A program made the position numbers and the translations under genes. A DNA stretch of 63,619 bases, the filler included, from Octopus bimaculoides (lineage: Eukaryota): the NCBI RefSeq assembly GCF_001194135.2. It is 5 parts of 5 records of this genome, joined end to end, with 100 filler letters (N's around TTAATTAATTAA, not from the genome) between each part and the next. Parts side by side here need not be neighbours in the genome. Positions count along the whole stretch, not along the records: positions 1 to 6,446 come from NC_068999.1; positions 6,547 to 13,158 come from NC_069002.1; 3 more parts are not named here. The stretch is one strand, 5' to 3'. This document shows positions 1 to 12,308 of this stretch, in pieces (within the stretch, counting starts at the first letter, position 1; each line of letters begins with the position of its first letter). Below the pieces are notes generated by a model. That model worked only from the letters and a program-made list of their open reading frames with translations, had not been told where the DNA came from and did not search any database.

Positions 1-250
1 CATTGACCACCAGATAAGGGATCGGGGGACCCTGTCAAAGGTTTTTTCCATGTCAACGAAGGCCAGGTACAGAGGTTTATCCTTGGCTAGGTATTTCTCC
101 TGCAGCTGTCTCACTAGAAATATGGCATCAGTGGTGCTTTTACCTGGCACGAACCCAAACTGCATCTCATCTAAATTGATTCGCTCCCTAATTAGTTGGG
201 CTATGACCCTCTCCGTAACTTTCATAACCTGATCTAACAGCTTGATGCCT
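1..250 (-). mobile_element. RTE-clade LINE reverse transcriptase fragment
   Basis: Minus-strand translation GIKLLDQVMKVTERVIAQLIRERINLDEMQFGFVPGKSTTDAIFLVRQLQEKYLAKDKPLYLAFVDMEKTFDRVPRSLIWW contains the QFGF..GKST.DAIF and AFVD.EK.FD RT motifs typical of RTE elements. Confidence 0.9.
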
Positions 251-360
251 CATATATATATATATATATAGTAAATCCCAAAAAGAACAAACACAAAAAC
301 ATAACAACGCAAGGACGTGATACATGTAATGTATTAGCAGATGCTGAGGGAAGGAAAGAA

Positions 361-395
<35 letters not shown>

Positions 396-406
396 TGTAT
401 GTATAT

Positions 407-633
407 ATCATCATCATCGTTTAACGTCCGCTTTCCATGCTAGCATGGGTTGGACGATTTGACTGAGGACTGGTGAAACCGGATGGCAACACCAGGCTCC
501 AGTCTGATTTGGCAGAGTTTCTACAGCTGGATGCCCTTCCTAACGCCAACCACTCAGAGAGTGTAGTGGGTGCTTTTACGTGTCACCCGCACGAAAACGG
601 CCACGCTCGAAATGGTGTCTTTTATGTGCCACC
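407..633 (-). mobile_element. RTE-associated 3' UTR/tail fragment with (ATG)n tail
   Basis: Starts at a (CAT)n run and shares gctttccatgct.gcatgggtt...ggatgcccttcctaa with 5185-5560, which adjoins RTE C-terminal coding sequence. Confidence 0.65.
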
Positions 634-1227
634 NNNNNNNNNNNNNNNNNNNNNNNNNNNNNNNNNNNNNNNNNNNNNNNNNNNNNNNNNNNNNNNNNNN
701 NNNNNNNNNNNNNNNNNNNNNNNNNNNNNNNNNNNNNNNNNNNNNNNNNNNNNNNNNNNNNNNNNNNNNNNNNNNNNNNNNNNNNNNNNNNNNNNNNNNN
801 NNNNNNNNNNNNNNNNNNNNNNNNNNNNNNNNNNNNNNNNNNNNNNNNNNNNNNNNNNNNNNNNNNNNNNNNNNNNNNNNNNNNNNNNNNNNNNNNNNNN
901 NNNNNNNNNNNNNNNNNNNNNNNNNNNNNNNNNNNNNNNNNNNNNNNNNNNNNNNNNNNNNNNNNNNNNNNNNNNNNNNNNNNNNNNNNNNNNNNNNNNN
1001 NNNNNATGTTCAGCTTTTCTCTCAAGATACTTACACTCTGACGGGTATTCACATTGACATTACACATCCAACGGAGCATACTGGCTATATATATATATAT
1101 AATAATATTATTAGGGACAAAATCCAAAATTACAGGTAAAAAACTCAATTAAAATCAATTTATAAAAAATTAAAATTAAATTGAGCCTTATAGATAAAGT
1201 ATATATAAAATTGGTTATTTTCCCTAA

Positions 1228-1268
<41 letters not shown>

Positions 1269-1269
<1 letters not shown>

Positions 1270-2156
1270 AAGGTTGTATCAAAAAGTTCCAAGACTAATT
1301 CTATAGTGCACCAACAGACGGCAGCATATGGTTGCGTACGCAGTGAGAGCTAGCACTGACCTTCATGAGGCAGTGCCAAGTGACATCACTGTTTGCTTTG
1401 CAAGTTGTGAAATTTGTGTTTTTGTGATCACATGTATGCCGCAGTCCACGATTTTGTCATGGACAGGAATAAAGAGCCAATATGAAATTTTGTGTTAAAT
1501 TTGGGAAGGCCTGCTACAGAGCCATTGAGCATGCTTTGGCAAGCTTATGGTAACAAGGTAATGAGTAATATGGAATGTTTTGAGTTTCACGGGTGCTTCA
1601 AAATGGAAGAATGTCCCTGGAAGACAATATGTGGTCTGAAAAACCTGCCCTGAGCATCACTCCTGGAAATGTAATACTGTGCATCAAGAATTTGTCACCA
1701 GGGCCAGACTGTCGATCAAGAGTTCTACTGCAATGTCTTGAAGCAGGGAGGACATTCAGTGAAAGTGACTGGATGTGTAGAATGCGAAGAATTGGATTCT
1801 TCACTGAGCTCTCCTCACTCGTGAGTTTCTCGCCAAAAGCAACATGGCATTGCCTCTGCACTCACTCTATTCACCAGATTTAATACTTGCAGACTTCCAT
1901 CTCTCCACCAAGATCAAAACGCAGTTCAAAAGTTGCCGTTTTAACATCATTGTTGAGATCCAGAGCGAATCACAGAAGGTCCTCAACTCAATTACAGAAA
2001 CGACTCCCAGGCCAAATTCCAAAAGTGGCAGGAATGCTAGGACAGATATGTTGTTGCGCAAGGTGACTAGTCCAAAGGAGATGATGCTAAAAGTTAGGTA
2101 AATAAGTTATTTCATATTAAATATTACTAGTCTGACAACCTTTTGATACCACCTTG
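1269..2156 (+). mobile_element. Internally deleted mariner DNA transposon with TIRs and TA target duplication
   Basis: TA|CAAGGTTGTATCAAAAAG at 1267-1286 and CTTTTGATACCACCTTG|TA at 2140-2158 are inverted. Interrupted transposase: KFCVKFGK (HTH region), GRMSLED...EKP, and SPDLILADFHLSTKIKTQFKSCRFNIIVEIQSESQKVL (degenerate YSPDLAP motif). Confidence 0.9.
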
Positions 2157-2196
2157 TATACACATATACATATGTGTGTGTATGTGTGTATGTGTG

Positions 2197-2233
<37 letters not shown>

Positions 2234-2339
2234 NNNNNNNNNNNNNNNNNNNNNNNNNNNNNNNNNNNNNNNNNNNNNNNNNNNNNNNNTATATATATAG
2301 ATATATTTATTTATTTAAAGTCACAATACATGTATTAAA

Positions 2340-2392
2340 GCGCTACTAATAGTTTCATGTGTTGAGAAAACTCAAACATATTCTTCAGGTGC
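2340..2392 (-). ncRNA. Minimal type I hammerhead ribozyme (5' inverted pLTR copy)
   Basis: Minus strand: GCAC-CTGAAGA-ATATGTTTGAG-TTTT-CTCAACACAT-GAAA-CTATTA-GTA-GCGC. Core intact; one mismatch in stem I and one in stem II. Confidence 0.75.
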
Positions 2393-4480
2393 AAACCACA
2401 TATAACAAACTAAAGAAATTGAATAATAGAAGAAACGCGAAAAAATTGAGAAGGCAGCATATAGAAAATGCAAACAGTAAACAACAGAAAATGAAAAGCA
2501 AACTGTAAAAAGTAAAAAGGTAAAGGAGTTATCCTCTTTAGACCTTAAATGATAAGGCTGGAAAGATATCAAGTCAGTCAGAGATAGGTGGAATTTTTCA
2601 ATTCTTCAAAATATATTTATACATACCCTGCTATCGTTAAAGATTTAGTCCCCTTTGAGTCTGACCACCTTAATTTAGTTACTAATATTTCTTAAATACC
2701 ATATCTCCTTTCAAACTAAAATGAAATCTGAAATTAAAAACTTTAGAAGTTCTGAAAAGAAGTTCGTATTTTCAGATAAGACTAATAACCTATATGAAGT
2801 TACTAATGACTTATACGATAAATTGCTAAAAGACACGATTTCTAAATATAAGAAAGCTAATGTAGAGAGATACTATGATATCGATGATGAAGCTAATTCC
2901 TCGCTAAATGTAGTAATATCGATGATAGATTAGAATGCTTGAAAAAGCTATTGAATTTGCTAAATCATATGTTAATATTGACCCTATAGACCTAAATTTT
3001 ATCAGGCATGTGAGAAAAACACAATTGTTCAGTAAAGGATTAGCATGGGTAAAAAAGTCGTATAGTGACGAACTATTCGACGTATCTATGGGGTCATATG
3101 ATAGTGCTGACGTCTATGATCTTGTGAGTTCATTTATATTAAACATATTGAGATACAGATACCCATCTCATGATGTTGGCCTATACCGTGACAATGGTTT
3201 GGGTATTTCCCATAGGTGTGATGGTCACACCCTCGATAGATTTAGAAAGCAACTATTTCTACCTTTATTCAATTAGGACTTACAATTACAGTAGCTACTA
3301 ATCTCTCTATGGTTGATTATTTAGATGTTTCCCTAGATTTAAACTCTTCTTCATACAAATATTTCCATACACCTCATGAGAAACTCGCATATATACATAA
3401 ACAATCTTGTCACCCTCCTGCAATATTAAAAAGCCTGATAACTAATATTAGTAACAGAGTGTCTAACCTCTCTTCTTCAAAAGAAATTTTCAAGAAAGCT
3501 TCCCCCTATTATAACAAGGTCCTAGCTAATAGTGGCTTCAATTATAATTTGATATATAATCCCTCTAATAATAAACAAAATATTAATAATAGATCTAGTG
3601 GCATCAAAGATAAAGTAGTACATAACCACTCTAGTATTAATCAGGATAAGAAATCTAAAAATAGGTCAAGGAAAATTATTTGGATTGCCCCTCCCTTTTC
3701 CCTTAATATAAAAACTAACATTGGTAAAAGATTCCTGTCTCTCTTAGACAAACACTTTCCAGCCACTCACAGATACAGGAAAATATTTAATAGATGTTCT
3801 GTGAAATTATCATATAGCTGCTGCTCCAATATGAAGAGTATCATTACAGGTGGTCAATATCAAGAGCCTGAATCCAATTGCAACTGTCACTACCCAGGAC
3901 TAATGGTGTATGACTAAATCTATCATATATGAGGTAGAAGTTACTGCAACTCTAAATAATAATACTACTGATAAGAATACCTATATTGGATTATGTGAAG
4001 GAGAATTTAAAAATTGCTTTGCCAAACACATAGCTTCCTTCTGACATAGGGACAAAAGTAAAGCTACTATGTATGGACTTTGAAAGATAATGAAACACTG
4101 CATGTGATTAAATGGAAAGTAATTGAGAATTCCATACTTTATGTGAACGGAGTGAATAAATGTAAACTTTGTTTGGCTGAAAGAGCACAGATCCTGTTCA
4201 GATCTAAGATCTCTAACTCTCTATTGAAATTCAGGTCAGAAATTTTCAGTGGTTGTATGCATATATATAAATATATTTTGAAGAATTGAAAAATTCCACC
4301 TATCTCTGACTGACTTGATATCTTTCCAGCCTTATCATTTAAGGTCTAAAGAGGATAGCTCTTTTACCTTTTTACATGTTTTCCATTGTTTACTGTCTGC
4401 ATTTTCTATATGCTGCCTTCTCAACTTTTTAGCATTTCTTCTATTATTCAGTTTCTTTAGTTTGTTATGACATGTGGTTT

Positions 4481-4533
4481 GCGCCTGAAGAATATGTTTG
4501 AATTTTCTCAACATATGAAACTATTAGTAGTGC
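4481..4533 (+). ncRNA. Minimal type I hammerhead ribozyme (3' pLTR copy)
   Basis: GCGC-CTGAAGA-ATATGTTTGAATTTTCTCAACATAT-GAAA-CTATTA-GTA-GTGC. It has the CUGANGA and GAAA cores, stem II ATATGT/ACATAT plus TGA/TCA, near-palindromic stem III ACTA-T-TAGT, a GUA cleavage triplet and a 4-bp stem I with one G-U. Confidence 0.85.
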
Positions 4534-4761
4534 TTTAATACATATATTGTGACCTCTAAATAAATATTTATCTCTCACCAGATGGAGTACGGTTTCTGTT
4601 GAATTTTCTATCACGGACCAGTATATTGTATATATATATATATATTGACAGAAATGGTAAGACAACAAAAGAATGGAAGAGACCTCAATATTATGTAAAT
4701 AGAGGAATTTACCTGTAAATATATGTGACAATTATTCGATACATACATACATATGTAAAGG

Positions 4762-5160
4762 CACAGGCATGGATGTGTGGTAAGAAACTTGCTCCCCAAC
4801 CACATGGTTCTGGGTTCAGTCCAACTGTGTGGCACCTTGGGCAAGTGTCTTCTACTATAGCCTTGGGCTGATCAAAGCCTTGTAAGTGGATCTGGTAGAC
4901 AGAAACTGAAAGAAGTCCATCATATGTGTGTGTTTGTGTGCATGCGTGTGTGTGTGTGTGTTTGCCCCTCCACCATCGCTTGACAACCAGAGTTGGTGTG
5001 TTTACATCCCTGTAACTTAGCAGTTCAAAAGAGGCTGATAGAATAAGTACTAGGCTTAAAAAATAAATCCTGGGCTTGATTTGTTTGACTAAAACCCCTT
5101 AAGGCCGTGCTCCAGCATGGCTGCACTCAAATGACTGAAACAAGTAAAAGAATGAAAGAA
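4762..5160 (+). mobile_element. tRNA-derived Octopus-type SINE (family A), near full length
   Basis: tRNA-like head (gtgtggtaagaaacttgc...ggttcagtcc), core ttgggcaagtgtcttctactatagcc, internal (TG)n, and tail ccagcatggctgcactcaaatgactgaaacaagtaaaagaa. Many homologous copies occur in the window. Confidence 0.85.
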
Positions 5161-5184
5161 TACATTTATATACATAAATCCTTA

Positions 5185-6090
5185 TCATTTGATGTCTGCT
5201 TTCCATGCTGGCATGGGTTAGATGGTTTGACTGGAACTGGTAAGCCAGAGAGCTGCACCAGGTTTNNNNNNNNNNNNNNNNNNNNNNNNNNNNNNNNNNN
5301 NNNNNNNNNNNNNNNNNNNNNNNNNNNNNNNNNNNNNNNNNNNNNNNNNNNNNNNNNNNNNNNNNNNNNNNNNNNNNNNNNNNNNNNNNNNGATGTCTGC
5401 TTTCCATGCTGGCATGGGTTAGATGGTTTGACTGGAACTGGTAAGCCAGAGAGCTGCACCAGGTTTCAGTCTGATCTGGCATGGTTTCTATGGCTGGATG
5501 CCCTTCCTAAAATCAACCACTCCAAGAGTGTAATGGATGGTTTTCATGTGCTATTTACATGACATCGGTAACAGCCATGACTACGGTTTCACAAAGCTTA
5601 ACAAGTCTTCTCAAATACAGCGTATCACCAAGGTCTCAGTCACTTGTCATCGCTTCTGAGGCCCAACATTCGAAGATCATGCTTCACGACTTTGTCTCTC
5701 ACCTCTGTGAGGTCCAACTTTTGACCATCATTTCGAAGATGATGCTACAAGCAATGGCCATTATTACAATTTCATGGGTGTCATTTAATGACATTAGCAA
5801 CAGCCATGACTACAATTTCACTTGGCTTGACGAGTATTCTCAAACCCAGCATATCACCGTTACTAGTCATCGACTCTGTGCGGTCCAACATTCAGAGATC
5901 ATGCTTCACCACCGTGTCCCGTGTCTTCCTCGGTCTACCTCTTCCACAGGTTCACTCCACAGTTAGAGACGGTCCAACATTCAGAGATCATGCTTCACCA
6001 CCTTGTCCCGTGTCTTCCTCGGTCTACCTCTTCCACAGGTTCACTCCACAGTTAGAGATCAACACTTCTTTACCCATCTGTTCTCAGCCA
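5185..6090 (-). mobile_element. RTE LINE C-terminus and 3' UTR, with internal tandem duplication
   Basis: Minus strand encodes TCGRGRPRKT(W/R)D (RTE C-terminal motif) twice because of an approximately 89-bp tandem duplication (about 5881-6058). The 3' UTR matches 407-633. Confidence 0.75.
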
Positions 6091-6148
6091 AAAGAAGTGC
6101 CAATCGCTAATTGAGGAGGGAACCTGAGGAAGAGGTAGATCCAGGAAG

Positions 6149-6180
<32 letters not shown>

Positions 6181-6490
6181 GCGAGTAAAAATAAATACAA
6201 AAAAGGTGGTTTTTTTGTATGATTGTGTATAGAGGAATATATTATTTTGTTTAAAAGAGTTCCAACACTGTCTGTTTTTTATGTTTTATTTATATTCCTG
6301 CAGAACCAATGTGGGGTATAGAATATGGAATATACAATATATAATATAAAATAAAATAAAATAAAAATGGATGGCACCATGAAAGAAAGTATTGAATGTA
6401 GATGAAATATTGAGTGTTCAATATAAAGGATCAAATATATAAATATNNNNNNNNNNNNNNNNNNNNNNNNNNNNNNNNNNNNNNNNNNNN

Positions 6491-6502
6491 TTAATTAATT
6501 AA
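6491..6502. other. Artificial assembly spacer N44-TTAATTAATTAA-N44 (also at 13203, 39906, 56996)
   Basis: The same 12-mer, with stops in all six frames, is flanked by exactly 44 N on each side at four sites. Confidence 0.95.
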
Positions 6503-6612
6503 NNNNNNNNNNNNNNNNNNNNNNNNNNNNNNNNNNNNNNNNNNNNATAAATATATATATATATATATATATATTCATATATATATATATATATATACAT
6601 ACACATATACAT

Positions 6613-6655
<43 letters not shown>

Positions 6656-7079
6656 TATATGTATACATATGTGTATATATATACCGTAAATACATACATA
6701 TACACACACATACATATTCGTAGATGCAAATGAATATATTGTATACAATTTTGTTTGCATTTATATGCATGAGACAATATATAAGCCATTGTACAGTTTA
6801 TACAAGATTAATTTGATCACAACAAATTAAATGTCTTATGTGTGTATGCATACATGTACCTATGTATGTATGCATGCGTGAATTATATGAGCGAATGCAT
6901 GCGTGCATGTGTCATGTGTGTGTGTGTTGTGTGCACGTCTGCGTTTGTGTGGTGTGTGTATATCACAATTCCGAGCAATAACACACTAGTGATTGCATGT
7001 AAACGCTTAAAACTACAAGCATAAAAGAAATATATATCAGCGTTTTCCTATTACGATATAACAGTAAAACAGTTACCTG

Positions 7080-7230
<151 letters not shown>

Positions 7231-7410
7231 TATCTATGTATGTATATACATATATACATACATATATATATTTATGTATATACATGTGTTTATATATGGG
7301 AGAATATACAAATAATAACAACAGACGAGGACAGGTGGTGTAAATAACAAAAGTATATATTAGTATGACGCTCGGATATGTATATATGTGTGTGTGTATA
7401 TATACATATG

Positions 7411-7449
<39 letters not shown>

Positions 7450-7593
7450 TTGTATGTATGTATGTATGTAGTATATATACGTATATATGCGTTTGTGTCT
7501 GCCATTAACACAAGTGAGTGGAACAATGATTTGGAATGCGTGTACATGCGTGTAGTATTATATACGATGATATACAAGCATAAAACTGTATGC

Positions 7594-7658
<65 letters not shown>

Positions 7659-8147
7659 GATGGATGGATGTATACATGCATACATATGTGCGCATGTATA
7701 ATTCTATGAGTCTGTGTATAGATATGCGTGGATGTATGCCTATATGTATGTATACCTGTGTAATTCTAAGTTTCTGTGTATGCATTCGTGTTAATTCTGA
7801 TTGCCTGATATACTTCCTGTTTTGAAATTAAATAAATTTGCTATAATAGAGAAAAAAAGCAAACAAAAACGAAACAAAAACTCTATAATTATTTTTCCTT
7901 CAATCGATTATAAAAGACATTTATTTAGATAATAGCAATAAAAATAACTTTCAATCAATTAAAATCCAATAATGTTTTAGGAAAAAACGATAATGAAAAT
8001 AGCAATAAAATTAAAATTAAACACAAAAACTATCAAACAAACAAATAGATATAAAAAAAACGATAATAATAATTTCTATATACATGTAAAAATTGAAAGA
8101 TAAAAAAAAATCAAAAACGAAGAAAATCTGTAAGCTAGTCATGTCAG

Positions 8148-8185
8148 TGACGTAACGAACATGGCTTCCTAACGTTGCCGGAAGT
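8148..8185. promoter_or_regulatory. Possible promoter-like motif cluster (CRE-like, YY1-like, ETS)
   Basis: TGACGTAA 8148-8155, AACATGGC 8158-8165 and CCGGAAGT 8178-8185 in a short unique CpG-containing island within A-rich DNA. Confidence 0.3.
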
Positions 8186-9366
8186 AAAAGAGTGGCAGCA
8201 AAATCTCATATGTCGTTCATTGCGGTAGAATCACAAGACCTATTTTGATGAACGTTTTCTGAGTGTTTGTATATATATATGTGGTGCTATATGTGTGTTT
8301 ATGAATGCGTTTAATTTCTGTCTATGTACAGAAATGTGTATCTGTGCGCGTGAAATTCTTTTTGTTGATTTTGCGATTTAAAAAAAAAAAAGACTTTTAT
8401 GATTGTTTGTTTATTATATTTTTTATGCATATTATTTTATTACAGCAGTTATTTTTGTTGTTTGGTTGTGTTTCTTTTATATATATATATATATGTGTAT
8501 ATATATATATTATATTTTAAAATATTATTTTTTCTCTCCCCTTTTTTCTCCTGATGCTTCACTACAACACTATTGACTTAAAAGTTTCATTTGATCCTGT
8601 ATTTAATTTCACTGTAAAAACACATTAAAAGTGTAATCAAAATACATTTCGCAAGTCGCCTGAAATAGCGTGAATAATAACAACAGCAACAACAATAATA
8701 ATAACGACGGCGCCAACGACGATGACGATGACAATGATGATGATGATGGTGATGATGATGATTGATATATTAATAATAACAACAAGTTTTGCGTCTGGCA
8801 ACACAGAACCCTCCAAAAATAGATAAAGAACATCGCTGCGGCATAAAACAGAAACTAAATACTGGAAATGGAAGTATGACAAGTGGTTTCAAGTGTAATC
8901 CATATACGCTTAGATACACACGCATCACACATGCGTATAGAAACAGACACATAGCCGTACGTGCGCATACGCACGAAAGGACAGCAATGCACATGCACAC
9001 ACATACACACACATGCACACACACACACACACATTCAGATACATACACGTGTATATATAGATAAAAGTGCGAGCGCACGCATACACGTACACGCTTACAC
9101 ACACTTAAAACGCACGAACATAAACATAAGCACTCACATACACACACACACACACACATACACATACAAACACATACACACACACGTTCCCCTAAACACA
9201 CAGATACGCCTATACGGAAACACACATGAACAGCACACATGCACACGCGCACTCCAAACACACACATGCACACACTCAAACGCACAGACAAGCAACGTGC
9301 ACACACACACACACACGCACACACACAAACGGCAAATATGCATATACATAAGCATACACAAATACA

Positions 9367-9411
<45 letters not shown>

Positions 9412-9717
9412 CGACTTATATACAATCTACCAGAGGAATTCTCCAATGTGACCGATAAACTTACTAGAAATAGCAGTCAGATATCCTTCAAATTAGTGCC
9501 TACTGATTTAAAAAGAAAATATAAGTTAAATGGTTAATGCATATGCATTGTGCAGTACATGCACAGTTTGACAAAATTAGGCGTGAAAGCCACAGTTGGA
9601 ACACTTGTGATGTCATCTTACAGAACCCCAGTTGGATGATGGCGTTGGCCGTAATAATTCTTTTACTTTAGACACAAGGCCTGAAATGTTGGAGGAGGAG
9701 GGCGGTTAATCGATCTA

Positions 9718-10330
9718 TGACTGATCTTGATTACTGGGACCGCCTTAAAGCCTTGAAGCTCTACTCTCTCCAGCGCCGCCGCGAGCGGTACATCATCTGT
9801 ATGATGTGGAAAATATACCACCAGCATTGCCCAAAGGACCTGAACATTAGTTTTAAGGTTCACCCCAGGCTGGAACCACGGGCCATACGTGCCCTTCCCA
9901 TAATGTAGTTTACTGAATTCATTCTGTAACATACATAATGTATATGATCTCACAAATCTCGGCTGAATCTTTGCTCACCATCCTCACTTCGAAACGTCCC
10001 CTGCCCAATTCAGGATCACAACATATAGGTACACTGCGGCATAATTTCTTTTCGTCAACAGGCCCTGTCCTGTTTAACATTGTCCCGAAACAGATAAAAG
10101 AGGAAAAGGATCCTATCACCTTTAAACGGAGTCTAGACAGATTTCTTCAAGGAATACCAAATAAGCCATCCATACCTGGATACAACTCACTCAATAAGAA
10201 CTCACTACTTGACTGTAAAACAAAACTTGACTGTAAAAAGAATTTAGTTAATCCTATCAGGTGGTGCTGTTAAGTTAGACATGGCCTGGACCAATCTTTG
10301 GTCGAAACATATCTAAGTTTATCTAAGTTT
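9718..10330 (+). mobile_element. CR1-type LINE 3' end
   Basis: DYWDRLKALKLYSLQRRRERYII...FSSTGPVLFNIVPKQIK...FKRSLDRFLQGIP, followed by a stem-loop GACCAA-TCT-TTGGTC and an (ATCTAAGTTT)2 tail. Confidence 0.85.
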
Positions 10331-10635
10331 CTCAACTCCAGTGCCCAACTGGTACTTGTTTTATCGATGTCGAAAGGATGAAAAATAAAGTCGATCCTGG
10401 AAGTCAAAGCGTGAAGGCGGAAAATAAATGCAGCTAAGCATTTTCTCCGGCGTATTAATTCATCTAGCTCGTTGACTTAGTCTTTGGGGGGGGGGGTGAT
10501 AATGAGAACGAAGAACGAAATGAACGAAATATTATAATGGTGACGATCAGGAGAAGCGGAGGAAATTGATGGTGATGAAAAAAGATGACGACAATGACAA
10601 CGGAGACGATGACAGTTTTGAAAATGATGGCAATG

Positions 10636-10671
<36 letters not shown>

Positions 10672-10826
10672 GTGCTGGTAGTGGTGATGGTGACAATGAA
10701 GATGGTGGAAATGAAGAAGACGACGACGGGGACGTCAATGATAATGATGAAGAAGTGGAGAAGACGAAGAAGGAAGAAAGAAGAAAAAAATGAAGAGGAT
10801 GATAATGATGATTATGAAGAAGAAGT

Positions 10827-10881
<55 letters not shown>

Positions 10882-10905
10882 CTCACTCACTCTCTCTCTC
10901 TCTTT

Positions 10906-10936
<31 letters not shown>

Positions 10937-11779
10937 NNNNNNNNNNNNNNNNNNNNNNNNNNNNNNNNNNNNNNNNNNNNNNNNNNNNNNNNNNNNNNNN
11001 NNNNNNNNNNNNNNNNNNNNNNNNNNNNNNNNNNNNNNNNNNNNNNNNNNNNNNNNNNNNNNNNNNNNNNNNNNNNNNNNNNNNNNNNNNNNNNNNNNNN
11101 NNNNNNNNNNNNNNNNNNNNNNNNNNNNNNNNNNNNNNNNNNNNNNNNNNNNNNNNNNNNNNNNNNNNNNNNNNNNNNNNNNNNNNNNNNNNNNNNNNNN
11201 NNNNNNNNNNNNNNNNNNNNNNNNNNNNNNNNNNNNNNNNNNNNNNNNNNNNNNNNNNNNNNNNNNNNNNNNNNNNNNNNNNTATATATATATATATATA
11301 TATATATGATGACGACGATGATGGCGGTGGCAGCAGTGGTAGTGGTGGTAGGGATGATGGACGACTATGATGACGGTAGTGATACAGCTGCTTATAATGA
11401 TGAAGACGACGACGACGACGACGACGACGATGATGATGATGATGATGATGATGATGATCATAAGGATATTGATAATGACAAGGCGACGAAGGCCATATTA
11501 ATGCCGCTGCTACTGCTGATTAAGAAAACGATTACGATGTTGATGACAATGTTTGTGGTAATTACGATGGCGAATGAACGTAATGACGGCGATGATAACG
11601 TAAATGCGCCGAAAATGAAGAAGGACATGAAAAAGTGTGCTAAATGTCAGCCTCGCCGCTAGAGGTGCTGATAGAAACTCCTTTGGTATGAAACATCTTG
11701 AACTTTGACCCGTTCTTTTCGTTATCCCTGTAAAGTGGGTGGAGTAGTGAGTGAAATTGAGACAGTAAGACAATAGACG

Positions 11780-11832
<53 letters not shown>

Positions 11833-12011
11833 TAATAAATCAATAAGGGAAGAAGATCGGAAATGAAGGAGAGAGAGAGAAAGTGAGAGGGAGAGAAGAG
11901 AGGGGCGCTTCGTAGACGTGTCCATCCACCTCCTACGTCTTACTAGTTTTTCCATTCCTTTCCCCATTCCCTAAGCCAGTAACGCACCAAACATTGCCAG
12001 CACCGACGGTA

Positions 12012-12112
12012 GCACCGCCACCAGCTTCGCCACCAGCATCGCCACCAGCGTCTCCACCAGCGTCGCCACCAGCTTCGCCACCAGCTTCGCCACCAGCTCC
12101 GCCACCAGCTCG
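12012..12112. repeat. 12-bp GC-rich minisatellite (GCCACCAGCTTC)n
   Basis: About eight units with variation at the last positions. Confidence 0.85.
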
Positions 12113-12215
12113 TGCACCGCACCGCACCAGTGCCGTCGCCGTCAGCTTCATGCTCGACAAAATGTCTGCCATTAAATACGATCTCTTACCGTACAGGAAC
12201 ACAAACACACACACG

Positions 12216-12252
<37 letters not shown>

Positions 12253-12267
12253 ATGTACATATATGTG

Positions 12268-12308
<41 letters not shown>

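Larger units (their letters stand above)
2320..4553 (+). mobile_element. Penelope-like retroelement (RT plus C-terminal GIY-YIG endonuclease), degenerate, flanked by inverted pseudo-LTRs
   Basis: Broken ORFs 2721-4289 give FVFSDKTNNLYE, FDVSMGSYDSADV, GLYRDNGL (YRDD-type RT motif), HKQSCHPP, CNC linker, TYIGLCEGEFK (GIY-YIG) and CKLCLAE...CMH. About 2320-2622 is the reverse complement of about 4266-4553. Confidence 0.93.

Noticed and set aside
455-480. CTGAGGA-CTGGT-GAAAC, resembling a hammerhead core
   Set aside because: Only 5 nt separate the cores, so no stem II can form; it is part of the RTE-associated 3' UTR.
5191-5466. Identical ~75-bp direct repeat on both sides of an N gap (similar case at 59160-59482)
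   Set aside because: Exact duplication flanking a gap is the signature of unmerged contig overlap, not biology.
10566-10830. Asp/Glu-rich ORF (MMVMKKDDDNDNGDDD...)
   Set aside because: It arises from degenerate (GAT/GAC/GAA)n repeats, is open in several frames, and has no clear splice or domain support.
11994-12175. Pro/Ala/Ser-rich or Thr/Ser-rich ORFs over the 12-bp minisatellite
   Set aside because: Open frames are a consequence of the stop-free repeat unit; there is no unique coding context.
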